The position numbers were made by a program, and so were the translations under genes. DNA of 63,989 nucleotides, the filler included, from Thelocarpon superellum (lineage: Eukaryota), in the NCBI GenBank assembly GCA_026025795.1. It is 4 parts of 4 records of this genome, joined end to end, with 100 filler letters (N's around TTAATTAATTAA, not from the genome) between each part and the next. Parts side by side here need not be neighbours in the genome. Positions count along the whole stretch, not along the records: positions 33,576 to 50,157 come from JAPEUG010000388.1; 3 more parts are not named here. One strand, given 5' to 3'. Positions within the stretch are counted from its first letter, which is position 1; each line of letters starts with the position of its first letter. The notes under the pieces were generated by a model. That model made no database searches and was not told the origin of the DNA. It worked only from the letters and a program-made list of their open reading frames with translations. This document shows, piece after piece, positions 37,732 through 50,257 of this stretch.

Positions 37732-39225
37732 ATGTCCTCGTCATCGCCCGTGCCCGACTCGTGGATCTCCTCCTTCTGCGCCGTGCTGGGCCACGAATAC
37801 TTTGCCGAGGTCAGCGAGGATTTTATCGAAGATGACTTCAACCTCACGGGCCTGCAGACGCAGGTGCCCATGTACAAGGAAGCGCTGGAGATGATCCTCG
37901 ACGTCGAGCCCGAGGAGGATGGCGACTCCGTGGGCAGCGACGAGGAGGAAGAGGAGGACGAGGACGAGGACGAGGAGGGTGCGCTGGGCGAGGATCCAAA
38001 GGCCTCGGGCTACCGTCGCGGGGCGGATCGACGGCACATGCGTGTGGCCAGCGACCTCAGCGTGATTGAAAGCTCGGCCGAGATGCTGTACGGGCTCATC
38101 CACCAACGATACATCACCTCGCGACCGGGCATCCAGCAGATGGCGGAGAAGTACGAGCTCCAACACTTTGGCGTGTGTCCGCGCGTGTACTGCAATGGGT
38201 GCCGCGTACTGCCCGTGGGCCACAGCGATGTCCTGGGACAAGACACGGTCAAGCTGTTCTGTCCCAGCTGCCTGGACATCTACGCCCCGCCCAACAGTCG
38301 CTTCCAGAGCGTCGACGGCGCCTTCTTCGGCACCACCTTTGGCTGTCTCTTCTTCATGACCTTTCCCGAGCTCGAAGTCGGCGTCCGCGCCGAGGGGCTC
38401 CACGCCTCGCCCTCCACCACCACCTCGGCCGACAAGACCCGGTCCTCGCCCTTATCCTCCGCCATGTCCCTCGCCTCCCCGAGCGCCACCTCCGGCACCG
38501 CCGGGGCCTCCTCCGCCGACGCCGCACCACCTCCCAACCAACCCAGCACGATCAATGGGGTCACGCCCTCGAACCTCGCGCCCGGCCTTGGCCCCGGCCG
38601 GGTCTACGAACCACGCATCTACGGCTTCCGCGTCGCAGAACGAGCGCGATCGGGCCCGCGCATGAAATGGCTCCGCAGTCGACCGGTCGACGTGAATGAA
38701 TTAGACGAGGCACGATGGTACGCAGAGACGCATGGCGGGCCCGACGGCGGCGCCAGCCTCGATGAGGATGACGAAGACGAGGACGAGTTCGAGTTTGACG
38801 GGGACGGTACGGAAATGGACCGCGATGACCATCTCGGTGGTGGCGGGGGCGGAGGCGGAGGCGGAGGCGGAGGCGACGGACCATACCACCATCGGCATGC
38901 ACACCAAGCACATCACAACATGTTCGGCATGGAAGGCGCAGGGTCGGTGGCGGCGGTCGCCATGGCCACGGCTGCCGCAACAGACTTGCACGGGCAGGGA
39001 AGCAATGCGGACGTGGCAAGACGAAAGAAAGCCGCGGTGCGGCGTCGTCGGCCCGGCCCGTCGTCCGCCGGCACGAGCGTCTTGACGGCTAGTGGCGGCG
39101 TGGCGGGCGGTCCGGTCGGCGGAGCGGCTTTGGGCAGTGCAGGCGGCGTAGCGGGGGGCGTAGCAGGTGGACGAGGGACGGCGGGTACATTGATGGATAC
39201 GAAAGGCGTAGGAGATGGCGTGTGA
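37732..39225 (+). CDS. CKB1: Casein kinase II regulatory beta subunit
   Basis: SWISSFC...FIEDDFNLTGL, acidic loop, LYGLIHQRYI, zinc finger CPRVYC...CPSC, DGAFFGTTF and YEPRIYGF; intronless, with a Gly/His/Ala-rich tail. Confidence 0.97.
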   Translation: MSSSSPVPDSWISSFCAVLGHEYFAEVSEDFIEDDFNLTGLQTQVPMYKEALEMILDVEPEEDGDSVGSDEEEEEDEDEDEEGALGEDPKASGYRRGADRRHMRVASDLSVIESSAEMLYGLIHQRYITSRPGIQQMAEKYELQHFGVCPRVYCNGCRVLPVGHSDVLGQDTVKLFCPSCLDIYAPPNSRFQSVDGAFFGTTFGCLFFMTFPELEVGVRAEGLHASPSTTTSADKTRSSPLSSAMSLASPSATSGTAGASSADAAPPPNQPSTINGVTPSNLAPGLGPGRVYEPRIYGFRVAERARSGPRMKWLRSRPVDVNELDEARWYAETHGGPDGGASLDEDDEDEDEFEFDGDGTEMDRDDHLGGGGGGGGGGGGGDGPYHHRHAHQAHHNMFGMEGAGSVAAVAMATAAATDLHGQGSNADVARRKKAAVRRRRPGPSSAGTSVLTASGGVAGGPVGGAALGSAGGVAGGVAGGRGTAGTLMDTKGVGDGV

Positions 39226-40058
39226 TGGGATGGGGCGTGGATTGTGTGTCATTGCATTTAAGTGAGAGACGAGAGGGAGAGGGAGAGTGAACTTAAGAGA
39301 GCAGTATGTAGCGTCGATCGTTGATCGTTGATCATCGATGGCCCGATGGACCAGACAAGACACCAAATGATGGATGAAGGGTCAAGATGAAGATGGAGAT
39401 AGGTATCAGCATGGAACAGCACCGGTAGAGTCGCCAACGGGGGGCCGGGGGGAAGAGGGAATACATATCTTCATCTTTCTTTTCCTTTCTTTTCTTTTCT
39501 CCATGGTACTTTAGGGCTCCCGCCTTGACGAGAACGTCGTGTTCTTCCCTCCTTTCCTTGCGTCCGCCCATGCATCAACCCAAATATGATTTGGAGCAAT
39601 AATTGGAGTCAGATGAAGCCAAGTACGAATGACGGGTGCCGCATTAGTCACCGAGCGGTTATCAGGTACTTTTCATTACGTGACGTCAGTTGGAATATTT
39701 CTCAGAGGGAAAAATCGACTTGCATTTGGTCGTCGCAGATCTCCACTCGCTGGACAGCCAAGCTGGGTATCTTCCTCCGTCCTTCTTTCGCGCGAGGGGT
39801 TCTTGGTTCAAGCTCAGTTCTCAAGCCATCTTGATTATTGATTATTGACTGAACGACTGATTGATTCTTCCTTCCTTTCTTCCTTCCTTGGCCCGTCTTC
39901 CGGTCGTGCAAAAAGACGACAGCAAGAAAAGAACATGAACCATAATCGGATTGGTCACAAAAGATGGGAATATCAGGTTGTTCTGCAGAACACCAAAGTG
40001 GGAAAAAGAGAAGAAACGAGTGAAGAAGAGCAAAGGATAAGAAAAGATTAAAGATCAA

Positions 40059-43024
40059 TTAAATGGCCCATTGGCTCTTAGTCCCACTTCCGCCTCCCGC
40101 AATGCCAGTCGTCCCTCCAATGCCACTACTGCCCTTATTGACAATCTCCATCCAATCTTCCCACTCGCGCGCGATTTCCATCAGAATGCCGCCCATGACG
40201 GCGGCCGAGGCCATGAGACCGTGTCCTTCGCCCTCCAGCACACGCACCTCGCAGCGCCGCATCGTCTTCGCCAGCCATCGCACATTCTCCACCGGTACGC
40301 GCGAGTCCCGGCTGCCGTGGTGGATCACCACGGCCCGCGTGATGTCCACGTATCGGAAGCCGATCGGCTGCCGTCGCTCCAGACACACCAGCAGATCGAC
40401 GGCCGGATTGGCGTTCGTCGTCGCCATGTTCCAGATGGATTGCGTCAGCCGTGCGTCGTAGCACTCTTGCCGCTCCTTGCTGAGGTTCGTGGGTGTGATG
40501 GCCGTCGCCACCCCCGGCATGGCGGGCGAGTTGGCGTGCGAGAGGTCCGCGTCGTCGATGGGACTGGACAGCAGGAGGTCATCGCCGCCCACTCTCTTCC
40601 CCGAGTGGTCGCGACTCAGTCCCGGTTGGTCGGACAGGTCTCGCGCCGCACTCTTGCGCTTCCGTCGCGGCGACTTGGGGAGGCTGCTGGTGATGCTCGA
40701 GCTGGTGGCGCTCATGAAGCTGGAGTTGGCCACTTTGAGCACCGGCGTAGGGAGGGCGCGCAAGATCCGCTGTGACGTCGGAACCGCCCCGGCTGGCGGA
40801 CTGTCCTGCTGCGAGCCGATGACCGACATCTGCGATGGAGGAATCCACGGCGCGAGCAGGTGGATGCGGCCGCGAATGTGCTGCGGCATCCGCAGCGCCG
40901 TCGCCAAGGCGTAAATGGCCCCGGCCGAATGGGCCAGGATCGAGAATTTGCTAATCTTCAGCGATTGACAGATGGCGTACACGTCGTCTGCAACCCGTTA
41001 GATGGGCGATGCCGACATCATCCTCACAAGCTGCGGTCCTTACCTGGCCAGCCAAGCGGCGTACCCGTGCCATCTGCATGAGGCTCGCTCTCGCCGATAC
41101 CCGGCCGATCGGGAGTGATCAGCCGAAGCTTCAACGTGAGCGCCAATTCGTCATAAAAGGCCGTGATGTATCGCGTTAAGCCCATGCCGACGCAACAAAA
41201 CACCGCGAATCCCTCGGGATCCCCGACCTCGGAGAAGGAAATCACCCGTCCGGTTTGTGGATGCGAGATCTTCTGCGATAGTCGTGTCGACTGCACGTAC
41301 GCATCGACCGCTCGATCAATTGAGTCCGCGCTGGACGGCCGCGTGTCCGAGACGACCGTGGTGGGACGAGCCGCGGCGTCGGCGTTCCCTTTCAAGGAAA
41401 AGGTCCGTCGAGGCGGTGTCTCGACCTTGGGGAGGACCGGCTCTGGCCGTTTTCGGAGGAGTCGTGAATGCCGCCGCTCGGGCCCCGTCGTGGACTGTGA
41501 GGTGATTCGATTGACCGTCGGATGCGCCGAGACAGATCGTTGTGCCGGTTGCACGATCGCTCCATTCCACGCCGTGGGCACGCTGCCATTCTCCCGAGGC
41601 TTTCGTTGTACGATGGATGGCGACGGTGCACTCTCTTCCTCCTCAGCTGGCGACTCTGGCGCCGATCCCCGTCTCATCGAGTCCTGACCAGCCCACGTCG
41701 CCGCCGTGGCGGCTCGCGCTGAGGCTACGGCAGGGCTGGTGTACAAGATGCTTTCAGCACGAGGATCTCCCAAACTGAGAACCGCTGGATATCGTTTGCT
41801 CTTCCGTTTCTCCGCCATCCCTTCCGTCTTCTCGGGCTCGGTTGTAGGCTTGCTCTCTGGCGTTGGTTTGCTCTCCGGCTCCTCCGCCACACTTTCCCGA
41901 CGACTGTGGTCCGTGGCACTGGGCCGTCGACTGTGGTCCTCGGCGTATCCATTGGCCGTGATCGGGTCGTGGAGGCCCGACGTGTAAGACTTCCTCTTCG
42001 ACCGTGCCGGGCTATTGCTCGTCTTCCGGAGGGAAGACTGGCGCATCGGGATGAACCGACTCCCGCCCATACCAGGGCTGGAACGCGTGGATGGGATGAT
42101 GGGGCTATTGCCATTGGAGTGGGCTCCGACGCCCACCGACGTGGAGGTCACGGGTCCGTTGAGCTCTTGTTCTTCGTTGATGGGCCCCTCGGAGATAAAG
42201 GGCTCCAGCGGAGTTAATAGCGTCCCGTCGAGACCCTTGACTCCCAAGCCCTCCAGCCCAGTCATGTTGCCGAGGCTGGATTTGCGTCGTTCGTGTTCCT
42301 TCTCCCGGAGACGCTCCTTGGAGCCCATGTACATCAGACCCAAGTTCGTCCTCCGTCCCCGCTTTCCCTCCGTGCTGGCCGAGCTGCGTCGAGTGTTGTC
42401 CCATAGCGGTGCCCCTGGCTCGATACTGAGGCTCCCGATGCTACTGTTGTCATCCGGCTCGGCCGACAGTCGCTGCCGGGTACCGCGCCAGTAGTCGGTG
42501 AGCAAGGCATGTGCGTCCACCTCGGAGTTGGGTCGAGAGCTGTGGGGCGAGAGGCCCGGGGGGGGTTTAGAGGTGCGGACCGAAGCCGGAGCAGCGCCGT
42601 AGTCTGGGGTCAAGAAGTCCTGAGGGGGCGTGGATTGGGTGTAGGCGCCGTAGTCGACGCCGAACCCACTGTCCCACAATCGCGTGCCTGTCATGTCGTT
42701 GCGCGTCCGGAGGGAGTCCAAAGGAGGAAAGCGGACCTGAAAGGCACTGGGCGAGGCCGGGGTGGAGTGGCTGTAGCCCGTGAGCGGGGGCAGGTCGTCC
42801 AGCGAGTCCTCGGCCGGGGACGAGATCATCGACAGGGACGAGATGAGGGAGGAGATGACGGCGGGGGAGGCAGGCTTGACGCGCACGGTGTTGGCCGACG
42901 TCGTGCGTGGCTTGAATGGAGGCGCCGGCACCGACTGACGTCGCGACCGAGGCGGATTGGACGGGGGTCCAGCCGGGGATGGGGCAGTGGACATGGTCGG
43001 AGCATGAGCGTGACCGTTCATCAT
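40059..43024 (-). CDS. Alpha/beta hydrolase with long disordered N-terminus, 1 intron (about 40989-41043)
   Basis: GRVISFSEVGDPEG, LITPDRPGIGES, nucleophile elbow AHSAG, HGSRDSRVP and EGHGL. Start codon uncertain. Confidence 0.88.
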
Positions 43025-45710
43025 GGCCGCCGTGGTAGTCCGGGGCTGGCTGGGCGACGGATCCAGGGCCAAGGAGGGCGATCGTGGAAATGATCAGTGG
43101 CGCGATCTGCACTGCATCGACACTTTGGGGGAGGCGCCGCGCGCCAACACGTTGGAAGGGCGCCGTGGGAGAATTCGGCGGGTAGGGGCTTTTGTATCGC
43201 CCTCGGCGCGACGAAGCGTCGGCGGAGGCCGGCCGGGTCTTTCGTCCTGGATTCTGGGGGGCGGGCAGCTTGACGCTCGAGCCAAGTGGTCCGTGAGAGA
43301 AGGCGGGTTCGCGGCCGGATCCGCGATGCCTATGCCGATGGTAATTCCGACCCTCGACCTTCAATCCCTTCCGCAGACACGGAGTACCCGTTCCAAAGCT
43401 TCTATGCCCGTCGCCGTGTTCTAGCACTACGACCACCGGGACGAAAAGGGACCAAGGCGAAAGCGAAGGGTACCGGCACAGGAACTGCTGCACTCCGATC
43501 CTAGCGTCGGCCTGGGCGCGAGGTCGTGGATGGATGGCCTGGCGGAAATTGGGCTACACAGCAGGGCGCTGGTAGCGGGCAAAGGGGAGCCCAGGGTTCA
43601 GTCGCTGTGGCTACTGCAGCTTGCTATAGGTGCAAGCCACTTCAGGTGAGATGCCAGTCACCGAGCCAGCATTATTCTTACCAGCGAGGAGGGTGCGGGA
43701 GTACGGGGGCGAAGATTGGTACGAGTACCGATCTCGCATCCATGTGCACGTTTGGGTGCAGCCCTCAAATGCTCCAGAGGCAGAAGGCCCCGAGAGGGCT
43801 GGGTGGGTCAAACACCGAGTCAGGGGTAGCGGCGGCGGGTGACGCGATTGCACCCCTACACGGCGCACTTATAGGCCCGCATGGCTGCATGTCTACTGGC
43901 TTCTTTCCGCCTCGGTACAAGTGAGGGCTGGGAGGCGTCGGATCAGGCCTCCCTTGGGGCTTCGGCTGGAGGGGACCGCCAGACAGAGTACTGGTTCGGC
44001 CGATCAGTGTGCAGCCGCGCGCCGGTCCGGCGATGCAGCAGTGCACCCGGACTGGTTGCGTGGCCGGGACACTACGAGCCGTGCGCGAGAGCGAAAGTTA
44101 CGGCGTAAGGGTTCGAGAGTCTGGGTCAGGAACCACGGCCAGGGTCCGATGGGCCTGCGAGAGACCCTGGATGTTCCATGTTTTGGGCCTGACGGCCCCG
44201 ACGGCGCCGACGTCAGCCTCGCCGGTGGACCGTGGTGCACCTCGTGGCGCTGATCTGATCGCTTGAGGGCATCAGCCAGCCGGTGGCACGGCGAGCGCTG
44301 ATCGAAACATGCCGAGCCTGCGACGGATCAGCGGCGCTCAGTAATGCCAGTTTGTGAGCTGCACCATTGACTCTGAGCGAGTCCTCCACGAACAAGTACC
44401 CACTCGCACCGATCACCAGGGCTGGCAGTGACAAACTCTGTACTCGTACTCCGAGTAGGAGTGGCCCGGATAACCCTTGGAGGAGGAAGCCGAGATCGTA
44501 CCTGTAGTGTTCTCGCTACGAACAAGACCGACCTCACGTTTTATTGGAGGAGGGCACTGGACAATATGATAGATCACGTGATGATAGCCGGTCCACCAAT
44601 CGAGTTTCACATGGACCGTTGGTGTTCGAAGTCAGGATTGCAGGGAGCGGGGGACTTGGTTGCATGACGACGGGGTCCCAGACACATGGTCTCTAGCCGT
44701 CCACCCTGACATTTGACCGAAACAGAAATCTGGCCCGCTATCGGCGCAGTCGGCCGGGATTTGTCGCGATGCATCACGATGCATGGTGCCTGCATCTTCA
44801 CTGCAGTATTTGTACACTTGCCCGTTGCTACCACGTGGCCGAGCTCACGACCACTAATGGGAATTTGGACGACGAACCCTCCTCGCCTCGCCCCATCCGA
44901 CTTCTCGATAAGAGCGGCCTGGTTCATGTCTGCCGATGATTTCGTTGGCCCGGGAGGAGTCGGTTGGCTGACATTATGTAAGAGAAGGATTCCGCTAGGG
45001 GCTGAATCCTCCGTCGTGGCCCTCACTCAATCATCGTACGCGTATTACCTTAGAAGACAGGGTGCACGGATGGATTACGAGGACATATAGCTCGATCCGC
45101 AGGGCTAGTGCGTCTTTGCCACACAGCCAACTCGTCCCCTGACCCAAGTCCAAAAGGCTCGCAATGGCGAGGCTCCTGGCTCGCGTGGGCGACTGGACCA
45201 ATGGCCGGCCGCGACCGTTGCAGTTTGAATCTCTTGACTTTGGATGATCTGCATCCATAGTGCCCCACACCTCTTGGCAACAGTCGCAGGAACGCGGACC
45301 GATTTCACACTGCCCTCCACACAATGGAGGGGGTGCAAGAGACCGGCAGTGCGGCCGGGACAGAACTGGTTCACCATGCCGACCAGACGCAGGCCGACCA
45401 GACGGACGGGGCGTGCGGCTGGTATAACTCAGGACCAGGCAGACAAATATGCCCTCACCTCGTCGCCTCTCTCGAGCTGGTCTGTGCTGCCTGCCACAAC
45501 GATCGCCTGCATAACCGCGAAACTCTCCCACGGATACCCCGCGAGAGGCCCCAACTCCTGCCATTCCCTTCTAATCTGACCGCAGCATGCGCCTCGGCCT
45601 CTTGTGAGATCGACTCTCGCAGCCGATCGGATTCCTCCAGACCTCACCTCACGCATCCTGGGATTGCCCTCTTCGTCCGGGTGACTGCACCGTGAGCCCA
45701 TGTGTCCTCG

Positions 45711-47519
45711 ATGGACAACTCCACGGTGATCGAGTGTCCTCCGCCCTTTCTGTCCGAGGCCTCATTCCCGCCCAAGGGAGGATGTGAGTCTCCGCCGCGG
45801 GGTGGGACGGACGAGCCATTGACCAAGGCAGATATCGCGGGCCGATATTGTGCCAAACTTGACATCACCCTCTACCAGAGCTGTTGCCTCCCGTGTCCGC
45901 AGACGGACTGGGTCTACTCCGACAGTAAGTGGCGCGGTCGCCTGTCACTACCTTGACGTATCGAGGCTCATCGCGACGGGCAGGTTTTCCTCATGCCAAC
46001 ACGGCGGTGAACTGGATCGCCGTCGTCAGCCTGATATGCAGCGTCTTCCTTCTGGCCTCGTCGGCGCTCTTGTCGGCGGAGCAGTCGCGGCGGTACTACA
46101 TCACGACGTGCGTGCTGGTATCGATCATGATCATGACGGTAAGCCTTCCCCGCCCGGAGCCTCGGGCGCGCGAGAGGTAGATGTCCCCGACTGACTTGCG
46201 CCAGCTGTCCTTTGTGATTCCGCTTGGGGCACAACCAGATCAATGCTTTGATGCCATCACGCCCAACGACATGCATTCCAACCTGGCGTGTGCCTGGTCG
46301 GGTGCGCTCTTGCTGGGGGGCGGCTTTTGCTGTATTATGTGGAGTGGGTGATTCCGGCCATACCGTGGTGAAGCATCGCTAATCCCGCCTGTGGGCAGTC
46401 TTGATGTGCGCGTTGAATCTCCACCTTCAGATTTGCTGGAAAGTCGTCGCGGCGCGCAAGTTCTGCATCATGGCGCACCTGCTGGGATGGGGCGTACCGG
46501 CGATCATTCTCATCGAGTCGCTCAGCTTCGGCGGTGTGTCCTATCGATTCTCCAGCACCTGTGTGTCCAATCATCGAGACGCCATCCCTGGCGTGTGGGT
46601 GCCAGCTTTGATCCTCGCCGTGGCCACGGTGCTCGTGCAGTTCGCCACGTGAGTGCCGATGACCTTCCCTTGCACGCTCCGAGCTGACGCCGCGTAGGAT
46701 TGGTTACTGCACCAAGGTCTACTTTCAATGCCATGCATCCGGGAATGGCAGTCTCTCGCACTTACTCTCCGCCTCCACTGGCTCGCAGTCGGGCACGACC
46801 ATGGCCTTAGACCCCGGTCTGGCGCGGCAGGCATACAGCCGGGTCAAGGGGTTGGTGAAGATGCAATGGCGGGGCTTCGTCATGGTGCTCATCATCATCA
46901 CCGACGTCATCATCTTCTGCATCTGCTTCCTTATCATGGATCACACCTCCTCGCTCTCCGACGCCGAGGTGGCCGCGTCCGAGCCGTGGCTGATCTGCCT
47001 GGCCCTGAAAGGCAAGGACCAGTGCTATGGTCTAACAAAGAACATCGTCCTGCCGGAAGGGACCATGGTCTTTTGCATGGTCTTACTCTGCGTAAGTCGA
47101 TGCACATCCCTGCTTGACCGGGATCTGACCGGTGTCCACAGTTTAATGGCATCTGGGCCTTCCTTCTCTTGACTCACGTCACCACCTTCACCGGGTGGTC
47201 CGAGGTGTATCACAAGATCGCCGCCAGGTTCGTCCGGCCATCCCGAGAAGACGCGGATCGGTGGAATTTCGCGGCCCGGACTCGACAAGCCGACGCGCGG
47301 GCTCGGGTCTACGACACGCTCAAGTCGCCCACGCCGGATAGTATCCCGTCATCGGGACCTTCGAAACTCTACATTCCTCGCCACCGATCCGAGTCCATTG
47401 CCAGCTCCCGCAGGCCATCCTCTCCCTACAGCCCAGGCGAGGGCCTCTCCCAGTTCCTCCCCCTCTCCCCACTCCGCCAGCACCTGAATGAAAAGCCCTT
47501 GCCACCTCTGCCAGTCTAG
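45711..47519 (+). CDS. G-protein-coupled receptor, GprM-like, multi-intron
   Basis: CPPPFL, CCLPCPQTDWVYSD and QCFDAITPNDMHSNLACAWSG; several hydrophobic helices; MQWRG and PWLICL motifs. 3' end uncertain. Confidence 0.82.
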
Positions 47520-48166
47520 GGTTGCCTGCCCCCAGATCGACCTACCGCCGCGACTCAGCCATGCCGTAAGCCCATGGCTCCGCCGTCACACTTCCGTCTC
47601 GGCGCTTTTCCAAAGACCTTCTCGCAGCCATGTGCAGCGAGAAGATCTGGTCAATCTCTTCCGACCGGATAAGAGATGGAAGCCTCGTCCAGACTCGCCG
47701 GGGCCAGCGCCTTACCTTCGCTCTCGTGGAGAGTGAATTGCGGAGGCGCTGTCGGCACCTGGCGCCATGCGCATATCGGATGTGCGCGCGGGCTATGAGA
47801 TGCGCCATTGGTGGAACATGTTAAGCGCCCCGATCGCATGAGCAGGGGGATCCCCGCTTCCCTCCACGGACCCCGGCAACATTCGGTCACGTGACTCAAA
47901 CACGTGCCCGCCTGCTCGGGTCGTCGAACTACGTCATCCTCGGGCCATGGCCGAACCTTCGCACGACTTAGCCTCCCCTAACCTTGTTTATGATCACGTC
48001 GAGATGTATCTAGCCATGCTGCATGTGGTGTATGGTGTGTGGGCGGCATTTTCCTGGGGACAGTATCGTCTCTTCACAGCATCTTTGCTGTCCTGTAAAT
48101 AGATTTTACCAAGATAACTGCGGTACAAGACAGGACTCTCCTGGTCACACAACCACCAACATCACC

Positions 48167-49456
48167 ATGGACGCGATCTGGTCCCTCCCCGTACTCTCGT
48201 ACCTGTTCCTCCCAGGTGTCACCACCTACTCAACGTCACTGAACCTGCTCTTCTTTTACATGACATGGACGACGCTGGTGCTCTCACAACCGGCGCTCCG
48301 GATCGAAGTCCTTGGCACGCTCGCCATCCGGCTCCTCTTCTTCATCGCGCCCAGCCTCTTCTTCCTCCTCTTCGACTCTCTCCTCCCCAGCGTCGCCGTC
48401 AGCCTCAAGACGCAAGGCGCCGCCGCCCTACCCACGCGCACCCTCGACCCTGCGCGGCGCGGAGGAGACTCCGCTGCGCGCCATTCCCGACGCAAGCCCA
48501 ATGCCTGGCTGGCGCCCGTCGGCCTCGCCCTAGCCAATTTGCTCCTCGGCGTCGCGCTCCAAGCGGGCGTCGAGGCGCTGTGCACGCATGTCCTGCACGT
48601 GCGGAGCGCGCTGAAGGTCACCTCGACCCTGCCATCGCCGTGGCGCATGGCGAAGGATCTGCTCCGTGGCTTCGTGCTGCGTGAGGTGAGACGATGACTC
48701 CTCCGTCTGCCCCGTGTACACCCACCCCATCATCCCAGCCTTTCACTAAGACATGACAACCTCGGCGTCGACAGACACTCCAGTATTACGGGCATCGCAT
48801 GCTGTTACACCACCCCCGCTTAGCCCTGGCATCGTGGCACCAAGCCTGGCAACACAGCGTCCGCGCGCCGCATTCCTTCGTCGCTCACTACGACCACCCG
48901 CTCGCTTGGATTGTGTGGCGTTGGCTGCCTACGTACGGACCGGCGGTATGTGCTTCCTTTCGTCCCTCCATTTTCCCACCCCCCCCTCTCTACCACTCCG
49001 GCCCCGCATGCTTCCTACATCTCAAGAACCCCAACCGCCCAGCTAACGACGCCGGTCTCTCCGTCATCGCAGGTGCTCTTCCGATTCCACCTCCTGACCT
49101 ACTTCGTCTTCATGTCCATCATATCGCTCGAAGAGAGCCTCACCTTCTCCGGCTACTCGACCGTTCCTTCGATCCTCCTGGGGGGCATCACACGCCGCCA
49201 GGACTCGCATCTGCAGTCGGGCGGACGAGGCAACTTCGCGCCCTGGGGCCTGCTCGACTGGCTACATGGGACTTCGATCGGGGCCGACATCGGCGACGAT
49301 GTGCGCGACGAGCTTGATAAACATGATGTGTCTGAGCGTGCGTCTGATGCGTGGGAGGGCGCAAAGGCCCAGGGTCGTGCCGGCTTAGAGAGCGCGAGGA
49401 AGCGGTCGACGCAGTCGCCCAAGTCGTCCCGCTCCTCGCGCTCCTCAAAGGGGTGA
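48167..49456 (+). CDS. Fatty-acid hydroxylase/sterol desaturase superfamily protein with degenerate His boxes, 2 introns
   Basis: LQYYGHRMLLH, AHYDHPL, SGY and GNFAPWGLLDWLHGT match the ERG25-like scaffold. Confidence 0.85.
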
Positions 49457-49993
49457 TGATGGGTCAAGACGGGGTGGTGGGGGGGGGGAGGGACAGGTTT
49501 GATATAGCAGGGCAATGTGTGTCTATTCGGATGGACTGGATTGATATTATGTGTGGGTGGAAAGGAATGGGCGATGGAATTGGATATACCCGTCAGACGC
49601 AAAATGGAACTCTTGTCACTTTTGTCACCTTACCTCGACGCGGCCAGTGAACTCTTCTCCATCCACCGTTTCATCCCTTGGTCTAGATAGAAGATCTGAT
49701 CTTGCTCCTTCACAGCATAGGGAATAAGAGCCGTTATGCAGGGAGAACGCGGTGGAGACAACAGCATTATTCAAGGATAGCGCGGCGGCCATTGCACTAA
49801 CACGAAACCATATGATGAAGAATGACCACGGCTCAGATCGAACCCATTCCTCTTGGAGTTCCCCCTCCAAAGTTTTTAGGCCATTTGCACCCCTAAAGCG
49901 AGGCGCGAGTGCGTGTACCGATAGTGAAGGCGATTCTCAAGGACCGACCATTGCACGTCATCCATAGCGCGTCATCAGATCGTGCTGTTCACC

Positions 49994-50157
49994 TCACCCA
50001 CCCACGGTGCTGGATGGCGCCAGGAGGGGCAGCAACGTCGCGTCATACCGTGTCTTGAAGACCTTTTGGAACTCGGCCGATCGATTCCATCGCGCGCCAA
50101 ACACGCCCAGGACGGAAAAGACGTGGTTCACGCAGGCCACGGAACGCGCGCGATGGT
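49994..50157 (-). CDS. Probable 3' fragment of a gene truncated by the gap
   Basis: Open frame HRARSVACVNHVFSVLGVFGARWNRSAEFQKVFKTRYDATLL with coding-like codon usage; loosely resembles the C-terminal helix of fungal Zn2Cys6-factor middle regions. Confidence 0.4.
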
Positions 50158-50257
50158 NNNNNNNNNNNNNNNNNNNNNNNNNNNNNNNNNNNNNNNNNNN
50201 NTTAATTAATTAANNNNNNNNNNNNNNNNNNNNNNNNNNNNNNNNNNNNNNNNNNNN
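50158..50257. other. Assembly gap/contig spacer
   Basis: N44-TTAATTAATTAA-N44. Confidence 0.97.
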
